A stretch of DNA of 64,000 nt from positions 32,001 to 96,000 of the forward strand of contig CAWHAE010000015.1 of the NCBI GenBank assembly GCA_963827235.1, given 5' to 3'. Positions within the stretch are counted from its first letter, which is position 1. Each line of letters opens with the position of its first letter. Below are positions 20,604-31,481 of the stretch, in pieces. The position numbers were made by a program, and so were the translations under genes. The notes under the pieces are model-generated. The model made no database searches, had not been told where the DNA came from, and saw only the letters and a program-made list of their open reading frames with translations. This stretch comes from an uncultured bacterium (GTDB lineage Bacteria; Chloroflexota; UBA5177; JANWHV01).

Positions 20604-21314
20604 ATGACCGCGGCGCATATCCTCGTGGTCGATGACGAGCCGGCGATCCTGCGCACGCTGCGCGCCAATCTGGTAGCCCGCGGCTACGACGTGGCGACCG
20701 CGGAGAGCGGCGAGGAGGCCGTGGCAAGCGCGCGCGACACCGCGCCCGACCTCGTCATCCTCGATCTGATGCTGCCCGGGCTTTCCGGCCTGGAGGTCTG
20801 CCGCATCCTGCGCGACGATTCGGACAGCCCCATTCTCGTGCTGTCCGCGCACGGCGAGGAGCATCTGAAGGTGCGGGCGCTCGACCTCGGCGCCGACGAC
20901 TATCTCACCAAGCCGTTCAGTATGAACGAGCTTCTGGCCCGCGTGCGCGCCCTGCTGCGCCGGCACCCAAGCGCGCCCGGCAGGCCGCACGTGCTGGTGC
21001 ACGGCCCCTTCCACGTCGACCTCGATACACATCAGGCGACGCGTGCCGGTCAGGCGCTGGATCTGACGCATCGCGAGCTCGAGATCCTGGCCTGCCTGCT
21101 GCGCCACGCCGAACAGGTGGTTACGCACCGCCTGCTACTCGAGGAGGTATGGGGTCCGGAATATGAAGACGAGACGCAGTACGTCCGCGTGTTCATCAAC
21201 CGGTTGCGGCACAAGATCGAGCCCGATCCGGCGCATCCCCGGTACATCCTCACCGTGCCCGGCGTAGGCTACCGGCTGGTTGCCGAGGCCGGAGGGGATC
21301 GCGCGCCGGCGTAG
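20604..21314 (+). CDS. kdpE: OmpR-family response regulator KdpE
   Basis: LVVDDEP, LDLMLP, ALDLGADDYLTKPF, VWGPEY..TQYVRVFI.RLRHKIEPDP..PRYILT.PGVGY. Confidence 0.9.
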   Translation: MTAAHILVVDDEPAILRTLRANLVARGYDVATAESGEEAVASARDTAPDLVILDLMLPGLSGLEVCRILRDDSDSPILVLSAHGEEHLKVRALDLGADDYLTKPFSMNELLARVRALLRRHPSAPGRPHVLVHGPFHVDLDTHQATRAGQALDLTHRELEILACLLRHAEQVVTHRLLLEEVWGPEYEDETQYVRVFINRLRHKIEPDPAHPRYILTVPGVGYRLVAEAGGDRAPA

Positions 21315-21456
21315 GCCCGAGCGGCATGGCCCCAAGGGACAGGCCGGCGGAACGCGTCGCGTGGATCGAGATCCTGCCCTACCCGGCCCGGCAGATCCGT
21401 GGCGAGGGCACGGCCATTCGCGGCGACGCCTGCGCACGTCCGGCGACCGCCCCGCA

Positions 21457-22407
21457 TCAGCGCCTGCTGGTGCTGAAAGGATCGAGCGCGTCGCGCAGGC
21501 CATCGCCCAACAGGTTGACGCTCAGCACGGTGAGAAGAATCATCAGGCCGGGATAGATGGCAGCCCAGGGAGCGGACGCCATGTTTGCCTGAGCGTCGGC
21601 CAGCATACTGCCCCAGCTCGACGTGGGCGGCTGCACGCCGAAGCCGAAGAAGCTCAGCACCGATTCCACGATGATGTTGTTGCCGACCAGCAGGGTGGCG
21701 TTCACCACGATCGGGGCGACGGCATTGGGCAGCAGGTGACGGGCGATGATGCCTACCGGACCGACGCCCAGCGCCCTGGCCGCCAGAATGTAGTCGCGCT
21801 CCTTGAGCGAGAGAATCTCCGCGCGCACCAGTCGCGCGATGTAGGTCCAGCTCACGGCCATGATGATCAGCACGATCATGGCGACATTCTGGCCTCCGGT
21901 GTCGCCGGCGATGAACGCGGAGAGTACGAAGAGCAACAGGTAAAGGGGGAAGGAGAGCATCAGGTCGGTCAGGCGCATCACGAGGTTGTCGACCCAGCCG
22001 CCGAAATAGCCGGCCACGGCGCCGAGAGTGGTGCCGAGCACGATCGCGCTGAGCATGGAGCCGAAGCCGATCAGCAGCGAAATGCGGCCGCCGTAGAGAA
22101 CCCTGCTGAACACGTCGCGCCCCGAGAAGTCGAGACCCATGATGTGCGCGCTGGTGGGCGGGGCGCCGTCGAAGGCGGCGTAGTTCTCGTAGTTCGGGTC
22201 GTAGGGCGCGATCCACGGCGCCAGAATGGCCGAGCCGGCTAGCAGCACCAGCAGCACAGTGGCGACCAGGGCCAGCCTGTGCCTGCGAAAGCGCCGCCAG
22301 GCCAGGCTCAGGAAGCCGAGATGGGCGGTATCTACGCTCTCCGTTTGCACGGGGGCGTCGACGTGCGCCTCGGCTCTACCGGTTTTCGTATGGTCGACCG
22401 TGGTCAT
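21457..22407 (-). CDS. Oligopeptide/dipeptide ABC permease (OppC/DppC-like)
   Basis: AWRRFRRH, GRDVFSRVLYGGRISL, YILAARALG, GDGLRDALDP. Confidence 0.92.
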   Translation of the reverse strand: MTTVDHTKTGRAEAHVDAPVQTESVDTAHLGFLSLAWRRFRRHRLALVATVLLVLLAGSAILAPWIAPYDPNYENYAAFDGAPPTSAHIMGLDFSGRDVFSRVLYGGRISLLIGFGSMLSAIVLGTTLGAVAGYFGGWVDNLVMRLTDLMLSFPLYLLLFVLSAFIAGDTGGQNVAMIVLIIMAVSWTYIARLVRAEILSLKERDYILAARALGVGPVGIIARHLLPNAVAPIVVNATLLVGNNIIVESVLSFFGFGVQPPTSSWGSMLADAQANMASAPWAAIYPGLMILLTVLSVNLLGDGLRDALDPFSTSRR

Positions 22408-22457
22408 GCCATCTTCTCGTATGCGGTGCTCGGGTGGCTCACGCGGCGGATTCATGG

Positions 22458-23408
22458 CTAGGAGTAACGGATGCGGGGGTCGAGCAGACCGTACATGATG
22501 TCGGCGATGATGTTGCAGGCGACGATGGTCACCGCCGAAAGCTCCATCATGGCCATCAAGACTGGGTAGTCACGCGCCTGCAGCGACTCGTAGAACAGCC
22601 GGCCCAAGCCCGGCCAGGCAAAGATCGTTTCGGTGATCACGGCACCACCGAAGATGGTGCCGCAGTCGAGGGCGACGACCGTCACCAGGGGCGTGAGGGC
22701 GTTGCGGAAGGCGTGCTTGATCACGATCGTCACTCGTCTCACTCCCTTGGCCCGTGCCGTGCGCAGGTAGTCCTGATGCAGCACCTCGAGCATGCTGGAG
22801 CGCAGGTAGCGGCTCCATGCCGCGATGAAGTTCAGCGACAGCACGACGGCGGGCAGGATCAGGTGATGGATCTGATCCCACAGGGTTGCAGGCACCCCTT
22901 CGGTCACCTGGCCGCCGGTGGGAAACCAGTTGTGCTGCACGGCAAGACCGAGGATCAGCATCTCGGCGAACCAGAAGACCGGCATGGAAATGCCGATGTA
23001 CGACAGCACGGTCAGCACGTAGTCGAGGATCGAATACTGCTTGACCGCGGCGACGATGCCGAGCGGCAAGGCGCAGACGAAAGCGAGCAGGAACCCAGTG
23101 CCCAGAAGCTGCAGCGTGGCCGGGATACGATCGCCGATCACGGTGGCGACGGGCTGGCCGTTGGTGTACGTGTTGCCAAGATCGAGATGAATCGTACCCC
23201 ACAGCCATTTCACGTACTGGATGTACCAGGGCTTGTCCAGCCCCAGATTGACGACCATGTCGTGTTGTGCCTGGGCACTCATGTGCGGGCTGAACGCTAC
23301 CTGCGCCGGACCGCCTGGGATGAGCTGCAGCAGGAGGAAGAGTGCCACGCTGATCACGATCAGAAGGGGAACGGCCTGTAGCAGCCGCCGGGCAATGTAG
23401 GTGGTCAC
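22458..23408 (-). CDS. Oligopeptide/dipeptide ABC permease (OppB/DppB-like)
   Basis: YIARRLL, GLDKP, QDYLRTARAKG, ETIFAWPGLG, LDPRIR; GTG start with SD. Confidence 0.92.
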   Translation of the reverse strand: MTTYIARRLLQAVPLLIVISVALFLLLQLIPGGPAQVAFSPHMSAQAQHDMVVNLGLDKPWYIQYVKWLWGTIHLDLGNTYTNGQPVATVIGDRIPATLQLLGTGFLLAFVCALPLGIVAAVKQYSILDYVLTVLSYIGISMPVFWFAEMLILGLAVQHNWFPTGGQVTEGVPATLWDQIHHLILPAVVLSLNFIAAWSRYLRSSMLEVLHQDYLRTARAKGVRRVTIVIKHAFRNALTPLVTVVALDCGTIFGGAVITETIFAWPGLGRLFYESLQARDYPVLMAMMELSAVTIVACNIIADIMYGLLDPRIRYS

Positions 23409-23915
23409 CGCTGCTGTCCTTATGCACTGCCATTCGAACCGAGCGCCGTCATCACCGCGTATGACCACAAGCGCTCAGCACGTCGCTAGGCAGGCATTAC
23501 AGTGCTTGACGCGGCCAGACCGTCCCGGTCGTTCTTTTCGCTCAACGACCTGATCTTAACTCATGCGAGCGACGTCTTTGCTGAAATGGGGTGAGAGTGT
23601 CCGTCGCGCGTTGTACCGCGCCTCATACAAATCAGGGCACGCGCCCAACGCGTATGGGCGCGGGAAGGCGCAACCGCACTGTTATGCGGTATGTTCATTG
23701 CGTGTAGCCGTGACAGGTGGTGGGAGGAGCCTGCCAGGCGCCAGGGAGACGCGCAGACGACGCCGCGCCACCCGCTCGACACTCCAAGGAGGTGCTATGC
23801 AATAACGCCAGACGGGAGATTCGCCCGTCAACCCGTCGAGAGCTCGTCATTGTCGCCGTGATCTCCAATTGGATTTCCTGCTCTGAGCTTTGCAGAGTGC
23901 GAGGATCGAGACAAT

Positions 23916-25595
23916 ATGGAGTACAATCTCATGAAATTCTTCCATTCCCGGGGAAAGACCCTGGCAACCGCGGTAGCCATCGTGGCCCTGGTTGCCGGCA
24001 CGGTGGGACCTGTACACGCGCAACGGCCGTCGCAAGCATCGCACGCGGACGGCGGTGTCCTGATCGACCCTATCGCGGCCCAGACCTTGTGGGCCGGCAC
24101 GCTGGATCCGTCGCTCATCACTGCGCTCGTCGACAATGACGTGGCACAAAAGCTCTACTCCGGCCTGGTGAAGCAGGCGTATAACGACAAGACCCATCTG
24201 TTCGACATCGTGCCCGACCTGGCAGCCGGTATGCCCACGGTCAGCAAAGACGGCCTCACCTATACGTTCAAGATCCGCTCCGACGCGAAGTTCCAGGACG
24301 GCACGTCGATCACGGCGCAGGACTTCGTCTCGAGCTGGACCCGCGTCGTCGACCCCAAGGCTAACTCGGGCGCCGAATACTACATGAGCCCGATCCAGGG
24401 CGCCGACGCCTATGCCGCCGGCAAGACGAAGACCTGGGGCGTCAAGGCGATCGACGCCAGCACCCTGCAGGTCACCCTGGCGCATCCTGCCGTCTACTTC
24501 CTCTATGACCTTACATACCCGACCTTCTTCGTGCTCAAGGCAGGTATTCCGGTTGGTGCCAAGCTGACCACCGATCCTTCGTTGGTCAATGCTTCCGGTC
24601 CCTGGATGCTGAAGGACCACACCTGGGCGTACCGGAGCAAGATCACACTGGTGCCTAACCCCAATTACTGGGAATACAGCAAGATCACGCTCAAGGAAAT
24701 TGACGTCGTCTTCACAGGCACCTACATCACGATGCTCGCCGCCTACCGCAGCGGCGAGTACCCCATCGCCTGGCTCACTTCGGCCAATCTGAAGACCTAC
24801 CAGAGTGCGCCTGAGTTCCATAACGTGGCCGTGCTCGGCGATGTCTGGCTGGCCATGAACTCGCATATCGCCCCCTTCGACAACAAGAACTTCCGCCTGG
24901 CCGTGGCCTACGCCATCAATCGCGATGCCATTACCAAGGGTGTCGATCGCGGCGAGAACGCGACACTGTATAGCTGGTATCCAAACGGCATCCTGGGCTA
25001 CGACCCGAACGTGCAAAGCCAGCCCGGCGTGCCTCACTACGACCCCGCTATGGCCAAGCAATACCTGGCAGCGGCCATGAAGCAGATGTCGTCGGTTCCC
25101 ACCATCTCTCTGGAGTACCGGAGCGAGAACCCCGACGTCGCGCGTGAGATGGCCGAAGTGCAGGCCGAGCTCAAGGCCGTCGGCATCACCATTGCCCTGC
25201 ACCCGGTGCCTCGTGCCACCTGGATCAGCGACGGCAACAGCGGCAAGACCCAGTTCATCTGGGCTGATTGGTACGACGACTATCCGGATCCGCAGGATTT
25301 CTCCGACTACCTGATCCGCACCAATGCGCCTGAGAATTGGGGTCGCTACTCCAATCCTGTGGTCGATAAGCTCTTCGACCAGGCCAACGTCACCAGCGAT
25401 TCCGCCACGCGAACGAAGCTGCTCAAGCAGGCGCAGTTGATCATCCTGCGCGACGCGGGCGTGGCCATGCTGTACCAGTTCGGCGATCAGACCCTGATCA
25501 GCTCCAAGATCCATGGTATGGAGCTGAATCCGAGCTTCGGCAACGAGCCAGAGCCCGTCGCCAACGACTGGGCGAACGTCACCGTTTCATCGTAG
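23916..25595 (+). CDS. Peptide ABC transporter substrate-binding protein (family 5)
   Basis: TLDP, IVPDLA, DGLTYTFKIR, ITAQDFVSSW, NPNYW, PFDNKNFRLAV, DYPDP; cleavable signal peptide. Confidence 0.92.
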   Translation: MEYNLMKFFHSRGKTLATAVAIVALVAGTVGPVHAQRPSQASHADGGVLIDPIAAQTLWAGTLDPSLITALVDNDVAQKLYSGLVKQAYNDKTHLFDIVPDLAAGMPTVSKDGLTYTFKIRSDAKFQDGTSITAQDFVSSWTRVVDPKANSGAEYYMSPIQGADAYAAGKTKTWGVKAIDASTLQVTLAHPAVYFLYDLTYPTFFVLKAGIPVGAKLTTDPSLVNASGPWMLKDHTWAYRSKITLVPNPNYWEYSKITLKEIDVVFTGTYITMLAAYRSGEYPIAWLTSANLKTYQSAPEFHNVAVLGDVWLAMNSHIAPFDNKNFRLAVAYAINRDAITKGVDRGENATLYSWYPNGILGYDPNVQSQPGVPHYDPAMAKQYLAAAMKQMSSVPTISLEYRSENPDVAREMAEVQAELKAVGITIALHPVPRATWISDGNSGKTQFIWADWYDDYPDPQDFSDYLIRTNAPENWGRYSNPVVDKLFDQANVTSDSATRTKLLKQAQLIILRDAGVAMLYQFGDQTLISSKIHGMELNPSFGNEPEPVANDWANVTVSS

Positions 25596-25618
25596 GCCAC
25601 TCGCGGCGTGGTCTGGAT

Positions 25619-25658
25619 TGCGACTCGGGGTACCCGCTTGCGAGTGCCCCGAGTCGCA
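25619..25658 (+). other. Stem-loop after the SBP gene (mRNA stabiliser or partial terminator)
   Basis: tgcgactcgggg/ccccgagtcgca 12-bp inverted repeat, no U-tail. Confidence 0.5.
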
Positions 25659-25810
25659 GCCGTGCTGCGCTCGCCTGATGTCTTGCTGAGCAGGTTCGAA
25701 GGAGGAGGGCGCCAGGAAGCCAGCCCATCCACCTGACAATCCTCCGAAAGTCCGATATCTTTTCCAGGTCGAGATACAAGGCACCCATCGAGGCTGATAC
25801 CATAGGGCTC

Positions 25811-26764
25811 ATGCGACTTCTCAACTTTATCGTCAAGCGACTCATCGCCACGGCGTTCATACTGCTCGGCGTGGCAGCCGTCACCTTCTTCCTCGTGCGT
25901 CTCGCGCCCGGTGATCCGGTTACGCAGGTACTTGGCCAGCACGCCGGTGACCAGGCTACCTATCACCGGATCTACCACCAGATGGGCTTTGACCAGCCTC
26001 TGTGGATTCAGTTTCGAACCTACGTCTGGAATGCGCTGCACGGCAATCTCGGCACGTCCGTGAACCAGCTTAACGTGCCCGTAACCGACATTCTCGGACA
26101 AGGCTTGCCCGTCACCCTCGAGCTCGGCGGTCTCGCCACCCTCATCGCGCTCTTATTCGGCATCCCGCTGGGCGTCTTGGCCGCCGTGCGTCACAACCGG
26201 CTCGTAAGCGACAACGTGAACATGGGTATCATGATGACCCTGTATTCCCTACCGCCCTTCGTGATCATCCCTGTCGTGTGGATCGTGTTCGGCACTCTGC
26301 TCAAGGGCACAATCTTCCATCTTCCGGTCACCGGCTGGGATGGGATCGGCGATCCCCAGTACTGGCTGGCGCCAGCTTTCGTGTTCGCCGCCGGTCTGGC
26401 CGGTTTCTTTGCTCGATCGATGCGCAGCTTCATGCTCGAGGAATTGACCAAGGACTATATTCGCACAGCGCGCGCCAAGGGCATGCCGGAGCGCACCGTC
26501 ATCTACATCCACGCGCTCAAGAACACCCTCCTGCCGTTCGCTTCGGTACTGGGTCCCACGGTGGCGTTTCTCGTGGTTGGCGCCTTCATCATCGAGAATG
26601 AGTTCGGCATTCCCGGCATCGCGCAGATTACCGTGCAATCCACGCTGTCTAACGATTACTCTGTCACGCTGGGTACCACCCTGATCCTGGCCACGGCAGT
26701 GGTACTCGCCAATGCCCTGACGGACATCTTCTACACCATCGTGGATCCGCGGGTGAGTCTCTAG
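25811..26764 (+). CDS. Oligopeptide ABC permease (OppB-like)
   Basis: APGDP, KDYIRTARAKG, HALKN, VDPRV. Confidence 0.92.
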   Translation: MRLLNFIVKRLIATAFILLGVAAVTFFLVRLAPGDPVTQVLGQHAGDQATYHRIYHQMGFDQPLWIQFRTYVWNALHGNLGTSVNQLNVPVTDILGQGLPVTLELGGLATLIALLFGIPLGVLAAVRHNRLVSDNVNMGIMMTLYSLPPFVIIPVVWIVFGTLLKGTIFHLPVTGWDGIGDPQYWLAPAFVFAAGLAGFFARSMRSFMLEELTKDYIRTARAKGMPERTVIYIHALKNTLLPFASVLGPTVAFLVVGAFIIENEFGIPGIAQITVQSTLSNDYSVTLGTTLILATAVVLANALTDIFYTIVDPRVSL

Positions 26765-27754
26765 ATGCCTGCTTCCGAGGAAACGCTTCGCACCGCCGCG
26801 CGGGCCGCTCCGGATCTCTCCCCTTCTGCGGACCCGGGAGGATCACCTGCGCGGCTGGCAGTCGATCCTGGGGAGCTGAAGCCGATTTCGCTCACTCGCC
26901 AGGCCGTCTGGCGCTTCATGGATAACCGCCTGGCAGTGGTCAGTCTGGTCGTCCTGATCGTCCTGATTCTGCTTGCGCTGCTGGCTAACTTCCTACCGTT
27001 GATCGATCCGACGGCCGGCGACCCCTTCAACCAGGATTCCTTTCCCTCGCGCCTGCATCTGCTGGGCACCGACGCCTCGGGACACGACCTGTTCAGCGCG
27101 ATCATCTTCGGCCTGCGCCCGGCTCTTGCCGTGGGCATCATCGGCCAGGTTATCGCGACGATCATCGGCGTGGCGATCGGCGTGGTGGCCGGGTACTTCG
27201 GCGGCTGGGTTGACGCCGTGCTGTCGCGGTTTACGGATCTCGTCTTCGCCCTGCCCACCTTTCTCATGGCCTTCCTCACCGTTGCCGTGCTGGGCTCGAG
27301 CTGGGACAACCTGTTTGGTGGCACCGGCCGCATCGTCCTGATCACCATCGTGTTTGGCTTCGTGGGCTGGCCGCCGCTGATGCGCTTCGTGCGCGCGCTC
27401 GCCCTGTCGATGAAAGAGCAGCAGTTTATCGAGGCCGCGCACAGCATCGGCACGCCACCCTTGAAGATCATCGTCCGGCACATTTTGCCCAACACCTGGG
27501 GCCTGGTGCTCGTGCAGGCCACCTTTGGTATTGGCAACTTCATCTACAACGAGACCACCCTCTCCCTGCTGGGCCTGGGCGTGCAGCCCCCCAATCCGGA
27601 CCTCGGCTCGCTCATCACCATCGGAGCACAGCAAATCAACATCAACTGGATGGAATCGATTATCCCGGCCGCGTTCTTGGCAGTGCTTGTAGTGGGGTTC
27701 GCCTTCCTCGGCGACGGCTTGCGCGATGCCGTGGATCCGCGCGCCAGTGAATGA
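26765..27754 (+). CDS. Oligopeptide ABC permease (OppC-like)
   Basis: HLLGTD, FIEAAHSIG, RHILPN, GDGLRDAVDP. Confidence 0.92.
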   Translation: MPASEETLRTAARAAPDLSPSADPGGSPARLAVDPGELKPISLTRQAVWRFMDNRLAVVSLVVLIVLILLALLANFLPLIDPTAGDPFNQDSFPSRLHLLGTDASGHDLFSAIIFGLRPALAVGIIGQVIATIIGVAIGVVAGYFGGWVDAVLSRFTDLVFALPTFLMAFLTVAVLGSSWDNLFGGTGRIVLITIVFGFVGWPPLMRFVRALALSMKEQQFIEAAHSIGTPPLKIIVRHILPNTWGLVLVQATFGIGNFIYNETTLSLLGLGVQPPNPDLGSLITIGAQQININWMESIIPAAFLAVLVVGFAFLGDGLRDAVDPRASE

Positions 27755-27755
27755 C

Positions 27756-28823
27756 ATGACGGTTCAGGAAAGCATCGCCATTCCGGCGGAAGCCCGCGTG
27801 CGCGGCGACCTGCTGCTGAGCGTGCAGGATCTGCGCACGTACTTCTATACGCGAGCCGGCGTCGTGAAGGCAGTCGACGGAGTAAGCTTCGATCTGCGGC
27901 GGGGTGAGAGTCTGGGTATTGTCGGCGAGTCCGGGTCGGGCAAGACGGTCACCGCTCTCTCGATTATGCGCCTGATTCCCGAGCCGCCCGGGCGCATCGC
28001 CGGAGGTCGCATCACATTCGACGGCCGTAACATGCTCACACTCGGCACGCACGAGCTGCAGCGGATGCGCGGCAGTGTGATGGGTATGATCTTCCAGGAT
28101 CCCATGACCTCGCTCAATCCTGTGCTCAGCATCGGTTACCAGCTCAAGGAGACGCTCAAACGGCACCAGAAGATCTCGGGCAGGAAGGCCGATCTGCGCG
28201 CCGCGGAGCTGCTGGAGCGGGTTGGCATTCCGGCGCCGAGCAAGCGGCTGAAGGATTATCCGCACAACTTCTCCGGCGGCATGCGACAGCGCGTGGTGAT
28301 TGCCATGGCCCTGGCCTGCAATCCAAAGCTGATCATCGCCGACGAGCCGACTACCGCGCTCGACGTGACGATCCAGGCGCAGATACTCGATCTCTTGCGC
28401 GGTCTGCGCGAGGACTTCGATACGTCGATCCTGCTGATCACTCATGATCTTGGCGTAGTGGCCCGACTCTGCGACCGTATCGTGGTCATGTACGGGGGCA
28501 AGGTGCTGGAGACCGGCACGGCCCTGGAAACCTTCAAGAATGCCAACCAGCCCTACACGGAGGGCTTGCTCCACTCCATTCCACGGCTCGACCGGACGCG
28601 AGGCGAGCCCTTGACACCTATTCCCGGCAACCCGCCCAACATGCTGGCTCCGCCGCGAGGTTGCCCCTTCGCGCCCCGTTGCCGGTACGTGCTCGAGCGC
28701 TGCACACAGGACATGCCGCCGCTCGGCGCCGTGTCCGGCAGCACTTCGCACTTTTCGGCCTGTTGGGCCAGCAACCCGCCGGGCTCGTCCGCCGGATCGG
28801 CGCCGAGCGCGATTCCGGGGTAG
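27756..28823 (+). CDS. oppD: Oligopeptide ABC ATP-binding protein
   Basis: [43 protein letters not shown]. Confidence 0.92.
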   Translation: MTVQESIAIPAEARVRGDLLLSVQDLRTYFYTRAGVVKAVDGVSFDLRRGESLGIVGESGSGKTVTALSIMRLIPEPPGRIAGGRITFDGRNMLTLGTHELQRMRGSVMGMIFQDPMTSLNPVLSIGYQLKETLKRHQKISGRKADLRAAELLERVGIPAPSKRLKDYPHNFSGGMRQRVVIAMALACNPKLIIADEPTTALDVTIQAQILDLLRGLREDFDTSILLITHDLGVVARLCDRIVVMYGGKVLETGTALETFKNANQPYTEGLLHSIPRLDRTRGEPLTPIPGNPPNMLAPPRGCPFAPRCRYVLERCTQDMPPLGAVSGSTSHFSACWASNPPGSSAGSAPSAIPG

Positions 28824-29051
28824 GTGAGGCGACTGGATGACGATGCCCAGACGTGGCGGCTCCGTCGGCCCGCTCAACGGATCGGCTGGTTTCGTTGGAG
28901 TAGCGCCTCACGGGATGAACCGCGAGGCTCCGTGTCCGTGGACTACGAGGGCGCGCGGGACGCGCGCGGTCACAGGAGGGGGGACTCAACCTTATCCACA
29001 GCCGGTGATTGGTCGAGCAGTGGGTAGGGTCCAAAGAGGGAGATAGACGAG

Positions 29052-30104
29052 ATGAGTGTTGCCGTGGAGCAGGTACGGCCGCCGGTGGCGGAAGACGACG
29101 TGCTGGTGCAGATCGAGGACCTTCAGGTCCATTTCCCTATCCACGGCGGTTTCCTGGGCCGGCGGTCCGGCGCCGTGCAAGCGGTCGACGGTGTCAGCCT
29201 GCAGATTCGCCGGGGTGAAACGGTAGGCCTGGTAGGGGAGTCGGGCTGCGGAAAGTCCACGCTGAGCCGGGCAGTGCTTCAGCTGATCAAGCCGACCGGC
29301 GGCAGGGTGCTGCTCGACGGTCGAGAGCTGACCGGCATGTCCCGCGAGCGGCTGCGACCGATGCGCCGACGCATGCAGATGATCTTCCAGGATCCCTACA
29401 GCTCGCTCAACGGGCGCATGACCGTGGCCGAGATCGTGGCGGAGCCTATGAAGAACTACCACGTCACGAGTCGGTCCGCTCGTACTCGTGCCGTGCGGGA
29501 TCTGCTCAAGATGGTGGGGCTCAGCGACTACCACATGAACCGCTACCCCCATCAATTCAGCGGCGGACAGCGCCAGCGGATCGGCATCGCCCGCGCTCTG
29601 GCTCTGCGGCCCGACTTCGTGATCTGCGACGAGCCGGTCAGCGCTCTGGATGTCTCCATTCAGGCCCAGATACTCAACCTATTGGAACAGCTGCAGCGCG
29701 ATCTCAACCTCACCTACCTGTTCATCGCCCATAATCTGAGCGTCGTGCGCCACATCAGCGACCGTATCGCGGTGATGTATCTGGGTGAGCTCGTGGAAAT
29801 CGGGACCGGAGACGAGCTCTTCGTCCAGCCGCTGCATCCATACACGCGTGCCTTGCTCTCCGCCATTCCCGTGCCCGATCCGGAGACGGAGCGGCAGCGG
29901 CAGCGAATCGTGCTGCAGGGCGACGTCCCCAGCCCGGCGGCGCCGCCCGACGGCTGCCGCTTCCACACGCGCTGCCCCATCGCTCGGCCCGAATGCGGTC
30001 AACTGCGTCCCTCCCTGCAGGGCCGGCCGCACAAGGTGGCCTGCTGGGCGATCACCGGACTCGAGGGTATGGCGCCCTGGGCGCCCTGGGCCACGACTTC
30101 ATAG
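29052..30104 (+). CDS. oppF: Oligopeptide ABC ATP-binding protein
   Basis: [42 protein letters not shown]. Confidence 0.92.
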   Translation: MSVAVEQVRPPVAEDDVLVQIEDLQVHFPIHGGFLGRRSGAVQAVDGVSLQIRRGETVGLVGESGCGKSTLSRAVLQLIKPTGGRVLLDGRELTGMSRERLRPMRRRMQMIFQDPYSSLNGRMTVAEIVAEPMKNYHVTSRSARTRAVRDLLKMVGLSDYHMNRYPHQFSGGQRQRIGIARALALRPDFVICDEPVSALDVSIQAQILNLLEQLQRDLNLTYLFIAHNLSVVRHISDRIAVMYLGELVEIGTGDELFVQPLHPYTRALLSAIPVPDPETERQRQRIVLQGDVPSPAAPPDGCRFHTRCPIARPECGQLRPSLQGRPHKVACWAITGLEGMAPWAPWATTS

Positions 30105-30109
30105 TGCTG

Positions 30110-30322
30110 AGATGTGCAGCCGGCGAGCCGTCCCCATGCCGGCGGCCCGGCCGGTGAAGGCCGAATTCAGTATCTACCCGACCGGCGGAGGCTGCAGCTC
30201 GCGGTCGAAGTCCCGGTAGACCAGCGAAATCCCGAGCCAGGCCGGGTACTCCTCGACGAGCTCGAGCACCTGCTCGATGTCCTCGGCTGAGACTGCCTCG
30301 GCGAGAGCAATGACGGATGCCA
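30110..30322 (-). pseudogene. Remnant of a GNAT acetyltransferase N-terminus
   Basis: Translates as IALAEAVSAEDIEQVLELVEEYPAWLGISLVYRDFDRELQ, resembling the ..LF.EY..WLG.DL.FQ.FD.EL N-terminus of a GNAT family, then degenerates. Confidence 0.5.
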
Positions 30323-30332
30323 GGCCGCTCGC

Positions 30333-31481
30333 TCAGCTGTGCCGGGTCGGGGTGCTCGTGGGCACGGGCTTGCCGCCGTAAAGCGGCGAGGCGACGACGG
30401 TACGGTATGCCTTGAGCGCAGAGCTGGACGTGTAGACGCGCCAATCCCCCTTGGCCTTGGACTCGTACCACATCACGGCGCGGATACGCGGCAACAGGCT
30501 CGGCAGCTCGTGCAGGAAGCCCTGGAGAATCCAGTTGGCCTTGCTGCCGCCCTGCTCCACGGATCCGGTCTCGGCGATCATCAGCGGACGCCGTGTGATG
30601 GCAGTCACCTCGGCATAGGAAGCGCCGAACACCTGGTACAGCGTCTGCCACGTGTGGCCGTACGTGGTGCCCCAGTTGTAGCCGTCGAGCGCTACCCAGT
30701 CGACGTAGGCGTCGCCCGGGTAGTCGAGAATGTCCGGCGTGGAGCCGGGGTAGCTGACGTTCACGCACCATACCCACATCGCGTTGTGCACGCCGAGGCT
30801 CGTGAAGATGTCGTGCACGTGGCGCCATGCGGCGACGAAGTCGGCGGGAGTGTTGCCGTCGGGGTTGCCGGGTGTGGTGTTCCAGCTATACCAGTCGCCG
30901 TTCATCTCATGTGCGAACCGCAGGTAAAAGGGATGTCCCCACGCCTTTGCATCGCCGGCGAAGCGGCGAATATAGGAATCGAATGCGCCGTGTGTGATGG
31001 CGCTGAGCTTGTACTTCGGCTGTGAGAGCCCGAGGCTGTAGTCGTTCGGCTGCCAGGTCCACATCGGAGTACTGCCGCGCGCGCGGATGCTGTTCATCAC
31101 CCGCGGATCGAAGTTCGCATAGTGCACCCAGTCGCTGCCGGTGTTGACGATCGCCGGCATGCGACCCACCAGGTGGGCATACCAATCCATGAGTCCAGGA
31201 TCGCTGGTGACATAGTCCCCGTGCTCGTGGATGTACGCGCCGAGGGCGATTGGTCCTGCCGGCGCCGTAGGTTGCGCGGCAGCCTTCGTCTGCACCGGGG
31301 AGGTCACCACGATCCCGCTGGAGGACGATGGTCCACCGAACCTGGTGATCGCGAAGACCGGCAATGCCACGGCAACGAGAAGCAAACCGATCAGGGAGTT
31401 CTCCCACCAGGGTCGCTTGATCCGGGCAGGGATGGCGGCGCGAGCGTTCACAGCAGTAGTGCGGAGCACACGGGTACACAT
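30333..31481 (-). CDS. Glycoside hydrolase family 26 (beta-mannanase-like), N-terminally anchored
   Basis: LRFAHEMNGDWY (acid/base Glu), YPGDAYVDWVALDGYN, MIAETGS (nucleophile Glu); N-terminal TM segment. Confidence 0.9.
   Translation of the reverse strand: MCTRVLRTTAVNARAAIPARIKRPWWENSLIGLLLVAVALPVFAITRFGGPSSSSGIVVTSPVQTKAAAQPTAPAGPIALGAYIHEHGDYVTSDPGLMDWYAHLVGRMPAIVNTGSDWVHYANFDPRVMNSIRARGSTPMWTWQPNDYSLGLSQPKYKLSAITHGAFDSYIRRFAGDAKAWGHPFYLRFAHEMNGDWYSWNTTPGNPDGNTPADFVAAWRHVHDIFTSLGVHNAMWVWCVNVSYPGSTPDILDYPGDAYVDWVALDGYNWGTTYGHTWQTLYQVFGASYAEVTAITRRPLMIAETGSVEQGGSKANWILQGFLHELPSLLPRIRAVMWYESKAKGDWRVYTSSSALKAYRTVVASPLYGGKPVPTSTPTRHS

Noticed and set aside
28992-29000. Perfect DnaA box TTATCCACA between oppD and oppF
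   Set aside because: Single copy with no box cluster, AT-rich unwinding element or dnaA/dnaN nearby; compatible with chance.
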